From a virus, in the IMG/VR virus record IMGVR_UViG_3300045976_000096, positions 48,423 through 112,422 of that record: 64,000 nt of DNA. One strand, 5' to 3'. A model generated the notes under the pieces. It had not been told where the DNA came from. It saw only the letters and a list, made by a program, of their open reading frames with translations, and did no database searches. This document shows positions 1 to 10,024 of this stretch, in pieces (position 1 is the stretch's first letter; each line of letters opens with the position of its first letter). The position numbers were made by a program, and so were the translations under genes.

Positions 1-121
1 ACACCAAGGCTACCCGCTGCCGCTGGCGACGCAATCGTCGAAGAACTTCTTCGGCTGGCGCCAGCACCGCGAACTGGTCGAGCACGAGATTTATCACACC
101 CACAACTAAGGAGAAGCACAG

Positions 122-379
122 ATGTTCACTTTTGGCAAGAAAACCACCGCAACCGTCCTGGCGTCGTTCAACCAAACCCTGGCCGACCTGCAGCAGGTGG
201 AGCAGGAGCACGCGATCGAAGCGGAAGCCAAGCGTGTCGAGGCTGACCAGGCGCTCGCCGCCTCGCTGGCCGCCGCCGAAGAAGCGAAGGCCGCACGTAC
301 CGTCGCCGGCCGCATCCAGGCCCTGCTGAACACCGAAGGCATCGCTGACGGCATCGGCGGCGCTGCTCCTGCCCTGTAA
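122..379 (+). CDS. hypothetical coiled-coil protein
   Basis: ORF with AAGGAG RBS, phage-like codon usage. Confidence 0.8.
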   Translation: MFTFGKKTTATVLASFNQTLADLQQVEQEHAIEAEAKRVEADQALAASLAAAEEAKAARTVAGRIQALLNTEGIADGIGGAAPAL

Positions 380-436
380 GACAAACACCGACCGCGGCGC
401 CGGGCGCCGCACCCACCACAATAACGAAAGCATCAC

Positions 437-1090
437 ATGGACTCGAACACCTATATCGCCAACGCCCTGCGCACCGAGAGCGTGCCGACGCAGCTGGACA
501 TCAATGAAGTGGCGCTGCACGCCATTCTCGAGCTGGCGATCGCCGCCGGCATCCTGGTCGACCAGGCCAAGCGCCGTCTGTACTACAACAGCGCCGCCAA
601 GACCGTCCTGCTGGACAAGGACAAGATGCTGGGCGCGCTGGCCACGCTGCACGGCCTGTCAGGCTTCCTGGGTCACGCGCTGCAAAACGACGAGATGGAC
701 TTCGACACGCGCCTGGAGCCGCAAGCGCTGACCGCCATGACCGAGGGCATGAAGGAGGGCGGCAACTTCCAGCTGGCCAACCTGGACGTGCGCCTGACCC
801 ACGCGGCGCTCGGCTGCTTTACCGAATCGGGCGAACTGCTGGAAGCGATCAAGGCCCAGTACGAGACCGGCATCATCGACCGCGTCAACTTCGGCGAGGA
901 AATCGGCGGTGACATCTCCTGGTATCAAGCCATCGGCATCGACGCGGCCGGTCTTGACCTCGACGACCAGCGTGCCAAAAACATCGAGAAACTGCGCATC
1001 CGGTTCCCGGACAAGTTCAGCTCCGAGAACGCCATCACGCGCGACTTGACTGCGGAACGCGCAGCACTGGAAGGCAAAGCAAGCACTTAA
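437..1090 (+). CDS. MazG-like nucleotide pyrophosphohydrolase
   Basis: HAALGCFTESGELLEAIK...EEIGGDISWY...NIEKLRIRFPDKFS motifs. Confidence 0.8.
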   Translation: MDSNTYIANALRTESVPTQLDINEVALHAILELAIAAGILVDQAKRRLYYNSAAKTVLLDKDKMLGALATLHGLSGFLGHALQNDEMDFDTRLEPQALTAMTEGMKEGGNFQLANLDVRLTHAALGCFTESGELLEAIKAQYETGIIDRVNFGEEIGGDISWYQAIGIDAAGLDLDDQRAKNIEKLRIRFPDKFSSENAITRDLTAERAALEGKAST

Positions 1091-1108
1091 CATTGAAGAA
1101 AGATAATT

Positions 1109-1408
1109 ATGGCAAAGAAGAAATTCCCAATCACGATGTTCCAGGTCACGCCCAGCATGAACATCAAGGAAGTCGTCCTGACCGGCAAGGCTATGCGCTC
1201 CGGCTGGGGTGGCACCTACGAAATGACCGGCTATGCGAAGGATGAAAAGGGACGCGAACATTATGTCGCCTCCCTGTTCGACAGCCGTGCCGCCGCGCTG
1301 GAAGCTGCCGAGCGTGCAGTCGTCGATCAGGAAGCGCGCCACAAGAAGGCGGGCGAGAACATCGCCAAGCGGCGCGCCAACCTGGAAAAGGCGAAAGGAG
1401 CCGCATAG
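1109..1408 (+). CDS. hypothetical protein
   Basis: ORF in operon. Confidence 0.75.
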   Translation: MAKKKFPITMFQVTPSMNIKEVVLTGKAMRSGWGGTYEMTGYAKDEKGREHYVASLFDSRAAALEAAERAVVDQEARHKKAGENIAKRRANLEKAKGAA

Positions 1409-1409
1409 C

Positions 1410-2045
1410 ATGATTGGCATTGTCGGCCCGCATCGATGTGGGAAATCAACACTGGCAAGGGCGTACGCGGACAAGAACGGCGCGACCTTCGTCGAGACTT
1501 CGGTCTCGGCGATGTTCAAGGATATGGGCTACAGCCCGTCCGGCACCTTCGACTTCGCGACGCGCCTGACCATCCAGGAGGAGATCCTCAAACGCATCGA
1601 CGTGGTCTACGCCGGCGTCAAGCCGGGCAGCTTTGCGATTACCGATCGCACGCCGCTGGACCTTCTTGGCTACACGATGGCCGAGGCGGCGGGCGACGCG
1701 GTGCCGGCCGCCCTGCAGGACCGCTTCGAGCAGTACGTCACCGACTGCTTCGATGTCCTGAACAAGCGCTTCTCGATGGTGGTCCTGGTCCAGCCCGGCA
1801 TCCCGCTGGTCGAAGCCGAGGGCAAGGCGGCGCTGAACCGCGCCTACATCGAGCACCTGTCGGCGATCATGTTCGGCCTGATGATGGGTGAACGTACGAA
1901 GTGCGCGCGCTTCTACATCCGGCGCCTGATGCTGGACCTGGACGAGCGCGTCGCGGCGCTGGAGTCGGCCGCGATGACGACCGAGCATCAGGTGCACCAG
2001 GAAATCAAGACCTACATCAACGCCACCGGCGGGCGGCTGCAGTAG
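1410..2045 (+). CDS. P-loop nucleotide kinase-like / AAA_28-type ATPase
   Basis: MIGIVGPHRCGKSTLA Walker A, ITDRTPLD motif; start re-set to ATG 1410. Confidence 0.75.
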   Translation: MIGIVGPHRCGKSTLARAYADKNGATFVETSVSAMFKDMGYSPSGTFDFATRLTIQEEILKRIDVVYAGVKPGSFAITDRTPLDLLGYTMAEAAGDAVPAALQDRFEQYVTDCFDVLNKRFSMVVLVQPGIPLVEAEGKAALNRAYIEHLSAIMFGLMMGERTKCARFYIRRLMLDLDERVAALESAAMTTEHQVHQEIKTYINATGGRLQ

Positions 2046-2062
2046 AGGCATGACGTCAGGCT

Positions 2063-2078
2063 AAGTCACCCATGACTT
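2063..2078. promoter_or_regulatory. AAGTCA-N4-TGACTT palindromic operator
   Basis: aagtca-ccca-tgactt, intergenic, one of about 18 copies. Confidence 0.8.
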
Positions 2079-2110
2079 GTAAGTCCTGACGTTCTTATTC
2101 ATACTGTGTA

Positions 2111-2127
2111 TGTCGCGATGTGCGACA
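2111..2127 (+). promoter_or_regulatory. leader hairpin TGTCGC-GATGT-GCGACA
   Basis: Repeated at 15317, 18031 and 27031, each just after a -10-like hexamer. Confidence 0.6.
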
Positions 2128-2147
2128 GACATTTAGAGAGACGCTCG

Positions 2148-2927
2148 ATGAGCCAAATGAAAACCCAAATCCTGACCGTCACCAAAGAGCTGGCGGATAA
2201 AATGCTCGAGTCCAACACCACGAACCGCGAAGTACGCCCGGCCAACGTGGAGAAGTACGTCAAGATCCTCAAGGCGGGCGAGTGGAAGCTGACCCATCAG
2301 GGAATCGCCTTCGACACCGACGGCAAGCTGGTCGACGGCCAGCACCGCTTGATGGCAATCTCGCAGACCGGCATCGAGGCGACGATGATGGTCACGCACG
2401 GCGTCGACCCGGAGACCTTCATGGTGCTCGATCAGGGCGCGCGCCGTAACGCCGCCGACATTCTGCACCTGAACCCGCGTGTCGCCGAAGTGATCAACCT
2501 GGCGGCGCGCGTGCTGACGCATGAGCAGTCGCCTTCGCCCGCGAGCCTCAAGAAGATGGAAGCGGCGATTCGTCCGATCGTCGAGCGATTGATGGCGAAA
2601 TGCAACCTGAACGCCATCTTCTTCTCGTCGGCGGCCATGAAGCTGGGCGCCGTTTCGCGCGTCCTGCTGGGCGAGGACGAGGATTACGTCTTCAACCTGT
2701 ACGCACAGCTGTGCCGCAGCGAGGTGGACCAGCTGCCGCCGGTGGCCGCCGCGTTGGTCAAGGCGCATCTGCAGGGCCGCACCAGCGCCGTCAACAAGAA
2801 TCAGACGATGGCCCAGGCGCTCTACGTGTTCACCCGCAGCAACGCCAATTTCAAACAGCTGCGCATCGACACGGCCGGCGCCGGCGATGTGATCCGCTTT
2901 GCGATCGCTACCGTGTACGGCCGCTAA
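2148..2927 (+). CDS. ParB/Srx-like DGQHR-domain protein
   Basis: N.NR...V.KY...GEW..THQGIAFD..G.LVDGQHRL motif. Confidence 0.8.
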   Translation: MSQMKTQILTVTKELADKMLESNTTNREVRPANVEKYVKILKAGEWKLTHQGIAFDTDGKLVDGQHRLMAISQTGIEATMMVTHGVDPETFMVLDQGARRNAADILHLNPRVAEVINLAARVLTHEQSPSPASLKKMEAAIRPIVERLMAKCNLNAIFFSSAAMKLGAVSRVLLGEDEDYVFNLYAQLCRSEVDQLPPVAAALVKAHLQGRTSAVNKNQTMAQALYVFTRSNANFKQLRIDTAGAGDVIRFAIATVYGR

Positions 2928-2943
2928 TGTTGCCTGGAGCGAT

Positions 2944-2959
2944 CAGTCAGTTATGACTT
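2944..2959. promoter_or_regulatory. AGTCA-N4-TGACT operator
   Basis: cagtca-gtta-tgactt. Confidence 0.75.
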
Positions 2960-3027
2960 GTCGCTCCTGATTCGCACCTGTAAGATGGTGCTTGTTACAA
3001 CTACGCGCATGTGCGCAGGGATGATCA

Positions 3028-3450
3028 ATGAGCGCCGTACCCGATCTTCGCGAGGAACTCGACCGTAAGTCGATGGAGACCATCGAATTCCTGTACACCG
3101 GACTGGACAATGGCAAGCTGACGCTGCCCCAGTTCTCGACCGGCCTGGACACCCTGTTCATGGCGGTTGCCGGTCTTGTCGACAAGGAAATTGTCGACTT
3201 CGTCAGCAACGGCAGCCTGATCGTTGCCAACGCCCCGGACCAGTTCTGCGCCAAGCGCGCGTTCCTGAACCCGGTCCAGACCGTCGCGCTGTGCCGCAAG
3301 CTGGGCGGCGACACCTTTACCGTGGACGTCTATCAGGGCGGCCACCTCGTCAAGCAGGAGCGCAAGGAATACCTGCTGGCCAAGCAGGCGACTGACGCCA
3401 TGAACACCCTTGCCGGCCGATTGCTGGCGGCGGGCTATATCGAAATTTAA
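3028..3450 (+). CDS. hypothetical protein
   Basis: ORF, codon usage. Confidence 0.75.
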   Translation: MSAVPDLREELDRKSMETIEFLYTGLDNGKLTLPQFSTGLDTLFMAVAGLVDKEIVDFVSNGSLIVANAPDQFCAKRAFLNPVQTVALCRKLGGDTFTVDVYQGGHLVKQERKEYLLAKQATDAMNTLAGRLLAAGYIEI

Positions 3451-3462
3451 TCAGGAGGAAAT

Positions 3463-4284
3463 ATGGCAAATAACAAGAATGCCGCCCACCCTATCGGACA
3501 GGTATCGCCCGCTATCGAACAGGCTGCGCCGGCCGGCTGGGCGAGCCGTCGAGTAGACAATGGCGAGTTCGGCAGTTGGCTGCACGCATCGAAGGAAGCC
3601 GCCGAGCGACACAGCGCGAACAACGGGCCAGCGGCACCGAAGTATGAACACGTTCCCGTCTACGCCGCCCCTGCCGCTGTCTCGCCTGCCGACGCGACGG
3701 GGAAAGCTACCGACCTGACTGACGCCGAGTTCCTGTCGAAGCGCCTCGCCCGCGTGGCAAGGGCGGCTGGCGTCAAGATACCCGAAGGCCCGCACGAGTT
3801 CATCGCTGGGGTGGCTGGGACGATTCTGGGCGAAATCGCGCGCAAGCTCGAATCCGCAACGGGGAAAGCCGACGATGCCAGTGCGGGCGGCGCGGAGCCT
3901 GAAGGTTGGCGTGAGTTCATCGAGAACATCGCAACGCCGTATAGCGAGCCAGTAAACAGCATGGTTGCCTATCGTGACCTGGCATCCCGACAGGAACACA
4001 TGCGCGATTTACGGGCCGCTGCCGCCGCACTGCTGACCAGCCACTCCCCCGCCACCAGCGCGTCTGCCGCGATGGACGCGACGCACGAGGCAATCCAGCG
4101 CGCGTGCCGTGATCTGCCCGACGACTACGAAATCTCCATTGAGCTTGAACGCGGCTCGGGGTGCGTCATGTGGCACGAACGCGGCGGCGACTGGAATGCA
4201 ATCGAGGGCGAAGGCTACCTCTGCGACGACATCCACAAGGCCATCGATTCGGCAATGGCGGCAAGCCGCAAGGGCACCAAATAA
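3463..4284 (+). CDS. hypothetical mosaic phage protein
   Basis: AGGAGG RBS; Ala-rich linkers between domains. Confidence 0.75.
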   Translation: MANNKNAAHPIGQVSPAIEQAAPAGWASRRVDNGEFGSWLHASKEAAERHSANNGPAAPKYEHVPVYAAPAAVSPADATGKATDLTDAEFLSKRLARVARAAGVKIPEGPHEFIAGVAGTILGEIARKLESATGKADDASAGGAEPEGWREFIENIATPYSEPVNSMVAYRDLASRQEHMRDLRAAAAALLTSHSPATSASAAMDATHEAIQRACRDLPDDYEISIELERGSGCVMWHERGGDWNAIEGEGYLCDDIHKAIDSAMAASRKGTK

Positions 4285-4308
4285 TTTTATTTAACCAAGG
4301 AGGAAAAC

Positions 4309-4551
4309 ATGAGCATCAGCAAAGACTTGAGCGTTGCCGTATTTGGCCGCGCCGGCACCGGCAAGAGCACGGTCGCCATCATCATCGCCGACGCCCTGAA
4401 GGCGGCCGGCATCAACGTTACCGTGCGCGACGAGGACACGCATCCCGAGGCGCTGGTGAACAATCAGGAATCGCGCCTGACGGTGTTGAAGGACCGCCTG
4501 AACGGCGACACCGTCGAAATCATGCAGGTTCAGCTGCCGCGGAGGACTTGA
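4309..4551 (+). CDS. small P-loop protein
   Basis: GRAGTGKST Walker A; AAGGAGG RBS. Confidence 0.7.
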   Translation: MSISKDLSVAVFGRAGTGKSTVAIIIADALKAAGINVTVRDEDTHPEALVNNQESRLTVLKDRLNGDTVEIMQVQLPRRT

Positions 4552-4552
4552 C

Positions 4553-5164
4553 ATGCCGACCGGATACACGCACGCGCTGACCGAGCGCGACCTGAGCTTC
4601 CAGGAATACGCACTGACCTGCGCGCGCGCCTTTGGCGCCTTCGTTCATATGCGCGACGAGCCGCTCGGCGCGCCGCTGCGCCCAGACACCGTCACGTCAT
4701 ACTACGACGACAAGCTGACCGAAGCCAAAGCCGACCTGGACAAGTTCCAGCACATGTCGCTGGAAGATGCGCGCGTCCTGTACAACGCCGAACGTGCCGA
4801 ACGGCGCACGCGTGCCGAGCAGCGCATCGAGGAAATGAAGGTGATCGAGGCGCGCTATCGCGCGCTCAAGGAAAAGATCGACGCCTGGGCGCCGCCGACA
4901 CCGGAACACCAGAGCCTCAAGCGCTTCATGCTGGAGCAGTTGATGGTATCGGCCAGCGATTACGACTCGTCCTATTACGCGGAAGACGCCGCCCTGGCGC
5001 CGACCGTGACCGACGCCGAAGCGAGCGAATGGGTGCAGGAAAAGATCCGGGCCGCCATCAAGCAGATTGGCTACTGCAGCGACCAGCGTCGCAAGGAGCA
5101 GGAGCGCGTCGACCAGCGCAACGAATGGGCGCGCCAACTGCAGGAGTCGTTGAAAGATGGATAA
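4553..5164 (+). CDS. hypothetical phage protein (MPTGYT N-terminus)
   Basis: ORF in operon. Confidence 0.8.
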   Translation: MPTGYTHALTERDLSFQEYALTCARAFGAFVHMRDEPLGAPLRPDTVTSYYDDKLTEAKADLDKFQHMSLEDARVLYNAERAERRTRAEQRIEEMKVIEARYRALKEKIDAWAPPTPEHQSLKRFMLEQLMVSASDYDSSYYAEDAALAPTVTDAEASEWVQEKIRAAIKQIGYCSDQRRKEQERVDQRNEWARQLQESLKDG

Positions 5165-5708
5165 AAAGGTTGAGCTGAAGGATTTCGTCGGCAAGGAGTT
5201 CGACCTGACGGCGGTCTCCACCGCCGAGGTCGTCGCCAACGATAAATATGGCGACTTCGCAAACGCCAGCACCATCACCTTCACGCTCGATGGCGTGACG
5301 TATCAGGCGGTGGAAGACCCGAGCGACGGCTACCGGTCCTCGCTTCGGGAAATCTTCATCTGCGACACGGAACCGGCAAACCGGTTTCCAGCCCAGCGCG
5401 TGAAGGCGACGTGGAAGGAGCCGGGTTCTTACGACAACGACACGGTCGAATTCCGTTCGGTCGCCTCGGACCTGATCGTGATGGAAGTCGGCACCGACCA
5501 TGTGAATGACTATTATCCATGCTTCGTCAGCAATTTCGAGCCGAAGAACATGGACATCAACCGCACGGACGACATCCGGCAGAAGATCGCGATGGAGGAA
5601 GCCAAGCGACTCGAGGACGAACGGCATGCCCAAGATGTGCGGGACAAGCTGAACGCCAAAGCAAAGCTGGACGCGCAGCGCGACGACGCAGGCTGGGGCA
5701 CCTTTTGA
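5157..5708 (+). CDS. hypothetical phage protein
   Basis: Overlapping start; EDPSDGYRSS motif. Confidence 0.8.
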   Translation: MDKKVELKDFVGKEFDLTAVSTAEVVANDKYGDFANASTITFTLDGVTYQAVEDPSDGYRSSLREIFICDTEPANRFPAQRVKATWKEPGSYDNDTVEFRSVASDLIVMEVGTDHVNDYYPCFVSNFEPKNMDINRTDDIRQKIAMEEAKRLEDERHAQDVRDKLNAKAKLDAQRDDAGWGTF

Positions 5709-5742
5709 CTTATCAGCCGGGCTGAACGCCCGGTTTTTGCTC

Positions 5743-5768
5743 TATAATGTGTAAGTCAGCAATGACTT
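5743..5768 (+). promoter_or_regulatory. -10 box (TATAAT) followed by AAGTCA-N4-TGACTT operator
   Basis: tataat 5743-5748; aagtca-gcaa-tgactt 5753-5768. Confidence 0.75.
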
Positions 5769-5788
5769 TTAATATAAACGAGGACAAC

Positions 5789-6322
5789 ATGACGCGAACC
5801 ATCCCGCAACTCGGCCATATCGTGCGCGACGCCACGACCGGCTTTACCGGCACTGCCACCCAGTACATCGAAATGCTGTCCGGCACCGTGCAGCTGGCGG
5901 TGCAGCCGATGCTGCCCGAAGGCTCCACCCACACCGGCGACGCGCTGGCGATTCCGACCGCGCTCTCCATCGACCTGCCGCAGCTGGACTACGTCAGCGC
6001 CGGCATCGCCAGCCGCGTGATCGCGCCGGCGCCGCAGACCATCAGGCTGGGCGAGGAAGTCGAGGACATCGTGACGGGCCTGCGCGGCATCACCGTGCAG
6101 CGCTCGACCTTCATCAACGGCTGCGTCTACTACAACGTGCAGCCGAAGCAGACCGCCAAGCAGAAGGAAGAAGGCACGTTCAGCGATACCGGCTTCGTCG
6201 CGGCGCAGCGCCTGGAAGTCGTCGGCGACGGCGTGGCGGCCAAGATGGCGCCGGCAACCGCGGCCCCGGCCGCCAAGCGCCCCGGCGGCCCGACCACCCG
6301 CGCACAGCGTCCGGGCTGCTGA
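5789..6322 (+). CDS. hypothetical protein with internal domain duplication
   Basis: LG..V.D..TG..G......G.V...VQP occurs twice; GAGGA RBS. Confidence 0.8.
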   Translation: MTRTIPQLGHIVRDATTGFTGTATQYIEMLSGTVQLAVQPMLPEGSTHTGDALAIPTALSIDLPQLDYVSAGIASRVIAPAPQTIRLGEEVEDIVTGLRGITVQRSTFINGCVYYNVQPKQTAKQKEEGTFSDTGFVAAQRLEVVGDGVAAKMAPATAAPAAKRPGGPTTRAQRPGC

Positions 6323-6672
6323 TGAAGACCCTGCACATTCCGCCGCTCGGCACCGAACTGACCCTGGCGGCCGACTGGACCTTCACCCTGTACGACGAGC
6401 ACCGCAACAGCGCCTTGTTCGCCGGCTTGAAGCTCAAGTTTCCGGTCGACGCCAGGGGTCATCGCCAGTGCTGGGGCGCCAACATGCTCAGCGTGCCGGC
6501 GACGCTCCCGGCCGGCACCGTGCTGACCGTGCGCCGCTACTACATCCGGCTGGGCCAGGGCGCGTTCGACAGCGTCACCTTCTCGGCCCGGATCGGCAAG
6601 AAGTCGCACCGCTTCTGGGTCAAGCTGGCGGACGCGAACCGCATCCAGCTGGCCGACGAGGAGGCGGCATGA
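6322..6672 (+). CDS. hypothetical protein
   Basis: Coupled start/stop. Confidence 0.75.
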   Translation: MKTLHIPPLGTELTLAADWTFTLYDEHRNSALFAGLKLKFPVDARGHRQCWGANMLSVPATLPAGTVLTVRRYYIRLGQGAFDSVTFSARIGKKSHRFWVKLADANRIQLADEEAA

Positions 6673-6923
6673 TCCGCGGTGCCTGGGAAGGCTTCAAGGC
6701 CGGTGTGCGCTGGTGCGTCACCACCTGGCCGTTCGGCTACCTGTGCGACTTCGAGTGGGGCCATCAGGGCCGCATCCGGGTCACGAAGGACTTGTGGGTG
6801 ATCGTCGGCGACAAGGGCGGCGGCACCGACGCGCTGCCGATCACCTTCTGCTCGCCGCAGCTGATCGCCCGCGTCGAGGAAGAACTGACGGGCCGCTGGT
6901 ACGCGCCAACGACCAAGAACTGA
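6669..6923 (+). CDS. hypothetical protein
   Basis: ATGA overlap, GGAGG RBS. Confidence 0.65.
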   Translation: MIRGAWEGFKAGVRWCVTTWPFGYLCDFEWGHQGRIRVTKDLWVIVGDKGGGTDALPITFCSPQLIARVEEELTGRWYAPTTKN

Positions 6924-7009
6924 ATCCGCGCACGCTCCAGATATGGGCGTGCATAATACCACCATGACAACAACGTCATGACTGACTTACTTAACCACAT
7001 GGAGAAAAT

Positions 7010-8158
7010 ATGTCCGAAACCATTCTGCAATCGAAGGCGGTGTTCTTCCGCGACGGCAACGACTTCACGATCGGCGACCGCGAGAACCTGCAAATGTCCG
7101 ACACGCTGCCGGTCGGCACCTACCGCCTGGATGCGGACATGCAGCGCGGCCTGTTCCTGACCAAGATCGAGAACATGACGACGCCGGCCAAGCTGTACGG
7201 TCACACCCGCGAGCAGGCCGAGCGCATCCTGGCCACGTTCAAGGATCGCCCGTACACCACCGGCGCCCTGCTGTCGGGCACCGCCGGCTCGGGCAAGACC
7301 ATGCTGTCCATGCTGATTTCGCAGATGGGCCTGCAGCAGGACTACATCACCATCGTGGTCAACCAGCGCCTGGTCGGCGAACAAGTGAATGCCTTCCTGA
7401 CCCAGATCAAGCAGCCGGCGATCATCCTGTTCGACGAGTTCGAGAAGATTTTCGACGCCGAAAGCCAGAACAAACTGCTGACGCTGCTGGACGGCTCGTT
7501 CAAGTCCAAGAAGCTGTACATCCTGACCGTGAACGACACGACCAAGGTCAACCGCTACATGACCAACCGGCCCGGTCGCCTGTTCTACGCGCTGGAATTC
7601 CGCGGTCTGGACAAGGACTTCATCAAGGAGTACTGCGACGACAAGCTGATCAACAAGGCCAACACGCTCGGCGTGATCATGGCGTCGCAATTCTTCTGGG
7701 AATTCTCCTTCGACATGCTGCAGGCGCTCGTCGAGGAAATGAACCGCTACAACGAGAACGCCACCCAGGCCATGAAGATGCTGAACATGCGCCCGCTGAA
7801 CTCGTCCTCGGGCACGTACGAAGTCCACCTGTACCACAATGGCAAGGAACTGAATGTGCGCAAGGGCCACGACACGACCATTGACGGCACGCCGATGGCC
7901 AAAGCGGAGCAGGAATACCAGCTGGACCTGTACCCGCCTGTCTACCGCGACAAGGACGGCAGCGCCGACTACTCCGGCAAGCAGGTCAAGGAAAACGACC
8001 TCAAGGAGCACATGTCCATCGTGATCGACAACGACAAGATGATCAAATACGACATGGACAAGGACGTGTTCATCTACAACACCGAGCACGACGGCTATCA
8101 GGTCCACTTCAAGCGCGTGAAGGCCCGCTCCACCTACTACAACTACGACGCCCTCTAA
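7010..8158 (+). CDS. AAA+ ATPase
   Basis: GTAGSGKT Walker A, IILFDEFEK Walker B, NRPGR arginine finger. Confidence 0.9.
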   Translation: MSETILQSKAVFFRDGNDFTIGDRENLQMSDTLPVGTYRLDADMQRGLFLTKIENMTTPAKLYGHTREQAERILATFKDRPYTTGALLSGTAGSGKTMLSMLISQMGLQQDYITIVVNQRLVGEQVNAFLTQIKQPAIILFDEFEKIFDAESQNKLLTLLDGSFKSKKLYILTVNDTTKVNRYMTNRPGRLFYALEFRGLDKDFIKEYCDDKLINKANTLGVIMASQFFWEFSFDMLQALVEEMNRYNENATQAMKMLNMRPLNSSSGTYEVHLYHNGKELNVRKGHDTTIDGTPMAKAEQEYQLDLYPPVYRDKDGSADYSGKQVKENDLKEHMSIVIDNDKMIKYDMDKDVFIYNTEHDGYQVHFKRVKARSTYYNYDAL

Positions 8159-8214
8159 CAACCCGCAAGGGCCGGCCCACGCCGGCCCACCCTCAACCTC
8201 AACTAGGAACCACG

Positions 8215-8529
8215 ATGTCCGACAATACCGTCACCGAAAAAGCCGAGACCTACAACCCGAATCACCTGCTGGACGTCCTGCTGGCCAAGATGCAGCTGAA
8301 AAACGACGCCGCGCTGTCGCGCATGCTGGAAGTGGCGCCGCCGGTGATCAGCAAGATTCGCCACAACAAGCTGCCAGTCGGCGCCAGCCTGCTGCTGCGC
8401 ATGCACGAAGTCACCGGCATTTCCGTGCGCGACCTGCGCGACCTGATGGGCGACCGCCGCCAGAAGTACCGCCTGTCCGACGCGCAGGGCAAGCCGAAGA
8501 CCACCGAATCCACCACCAACCAGGAGTAA
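8215..8529 (+). CDS. XRE/Cro-like helix-turn-helix protein
   Basis: KNDAALSRMLEVAPPVISKIRH HTH pattern. Confidence 0.7.
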   Translation: MSDNTVTEKAETYNPNHLLDVLLAKMQLKNDAALSRMLEVAPPVISKIRHNKLPVGASLLLRMHEVTGISVRDLRDLMGDRRQKYRLSDAQGKPKTTESTTNQE

Positions 8530-8532
8530 TCC

Positions 8533-8940
8533 ATGAGCAAAGTCATCATGTACAAGGCGAACGACGGTTCGCTGCACGAAACCCAGAAGGCGTGCGACGC
8601 CAAGAACATCGAACTGCGCACCGCGCCGCTGGTCGAGGAATTCGTCAACAGCCTGACCGCCGGCTCTGTCGGCGTAACCGCCGACAGCGGTCATGTCTAC
8701 ATCGACCTTGCCAACCTGCCGGACTTCCTGGTCGCGCATGCCGATGTTCTGCGCGCGCTGCTGAACCGCGCCGTGCAGCCGGCGGGTCGCCCGCGCAAGC
8801 CGCGTGATCCGAACACGCCGAAGGCGCAGCGCAAACCGCGCGCCAAGAAGACCGATGCGCCGCCGGCCCCGGTCGATACGCCCGCACCCGCCGGCGGCAT
8901 CGACGACGTCCTCAAGGATCTGGGCGGCGATGCGGCCTAG
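8533..8940 (+). CDS. hypothetical protein with basic Pro/Lys/Arg tail
   Basis: AGGAG RBS. Confidence 0.75.
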   Translation: MSKVIMYKANDGSLHETQKACDAKNIELRTAPLVEEFVNSLTAGSVGVTADSGHVYIDLANLPDFLVAHADVLRALLNRAVQPAGRPRKPRDPNTPKAQRKPRAKKTDAPPAPVDTPAPAGGIDDVLKDLGGDAA

Positions 8941-9176
8941 TGACGGCGGCAAGGGCGACGACCGTCGTCCCGAGGACAATGAGCGCTATCGGCAGAACCA
9001 CGACCGGGTCGACTGGTCGAAGAAGGTGCCGCCAGCGCCACCCAAGCCCCAGGCGTGCTCCCGCTGGCCATTCGATGTCCGCAGGATCGACGAATAGCCG
9101 GTCCCGCATCCTGACATAGCTTGGTATCATGTGCGTCAGTCAGCAATGACCGACGCACTTTTCATTTGAGGACAAC

Positions 9177-9464
9177 ATGGAAGACAAAAGTAAATCACCA
9201 ATTAAATCCGGGTGGCGCGGCGACCTGAATGGCTATGTTGAAAATTGCGACAATACGCATGTTGCGGTGTCGGAGATTACGCTGAAACTGGATGGCGGCA
9301 CCGCCTGGGCATTGTGCAATCTGCTGACCGATAGCCAGGTCGAAAACCACCCAATGCTGGAAAAGCACCAGCGTGAAAAGATGTCCACTCTTGGCGCCGC
9401 GCTGGGTCGCTTGATCGACCACGGCGCCGCAAACAACGGCAAACGCGAGGTTATCAAACCATGA
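9177..9464 (+). CDS. hypothetical protein
   Basis: GAGGA RBS; operator copy at 9137-9152 upstream. Confidence 0.7.
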   Translation: MEDKSKSPIKSGWRGDLNGYVENCDNTHVAVSEITLKLDGGTAWALCNLLTDSQVENHPMLEKHQREKMSTLGAALGRLIDHGAANNGKREVIKP

Positions 9465-10024
9465 CCTTCCTGATCAACGGCATCGATACCGAAACCACCG
9501 GCGTCGACCAGCCCAAAGGCGACCGCATCATCGAGGTCGCGATCCTGACCTTCGATTTCGCCACTCGCAAGATGGTGGACCGCTACGTGCAGCGGATTGA
9601 CCCCGAGCGTCCCATCGCCGCGGCCGCCCAGGCGGTACACGGCATTTCCTACAGCGACCTCGTCGGCCAGCCGAAATGGGAAGACGTGGCGCCCGAGGTT
9701 GGTCGCCGGCTGGACGCGGCGCCGCTGGCGATCGCGCACAACATGGATTTCGACGGCCCCTTCATCGCCGGCGAAATGGTGCGCGTGGGCCTGCCGCCGC
9801 CGAATCCGGTCGCCTTCTGCACCATGCGGAACGGGCGCTGGGCGACGTTCGACGGGAAAAGCCCGAAGCTGCAGGAATTGGCGTTCAGTCTTGGCGTCAA
9901 TTATGATCCGAAGCTCGCACACGCCGCCGAGTATGATGTTGCAATTATGATGGCGTGCTTCTTCCGCGCATACGATCGTGGCTTTTTCAAGCTGCCGGAA
10001 TCCCTTCTGGCGAAAGCAGCATGA
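9461..10024 (+). CDS. DEDDh 3'-5' exonuclease (DnaQ/epsilon-like)
   Basis: DTETTG, IIEVA, AHNMDFD, AHAAEYD motifs. Confidence 0.92.
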   Translation: MTFLINGIDTETTGVDQPKGDRIIEVAILTFDFATRKMVDRYVQRIDPERPIAAAAQAVHGISYSDLVGQPKWEDVAPEVGRRLDAAPLAIAHNMDFDGPFIAGEMVRVGLPPPNPVAFCTMRNGRWATFDGKSPKLQELAFSLGVNYDPKLAHAAEYDVAIMMACFFRAYDRGFFKLPESLLAKAA

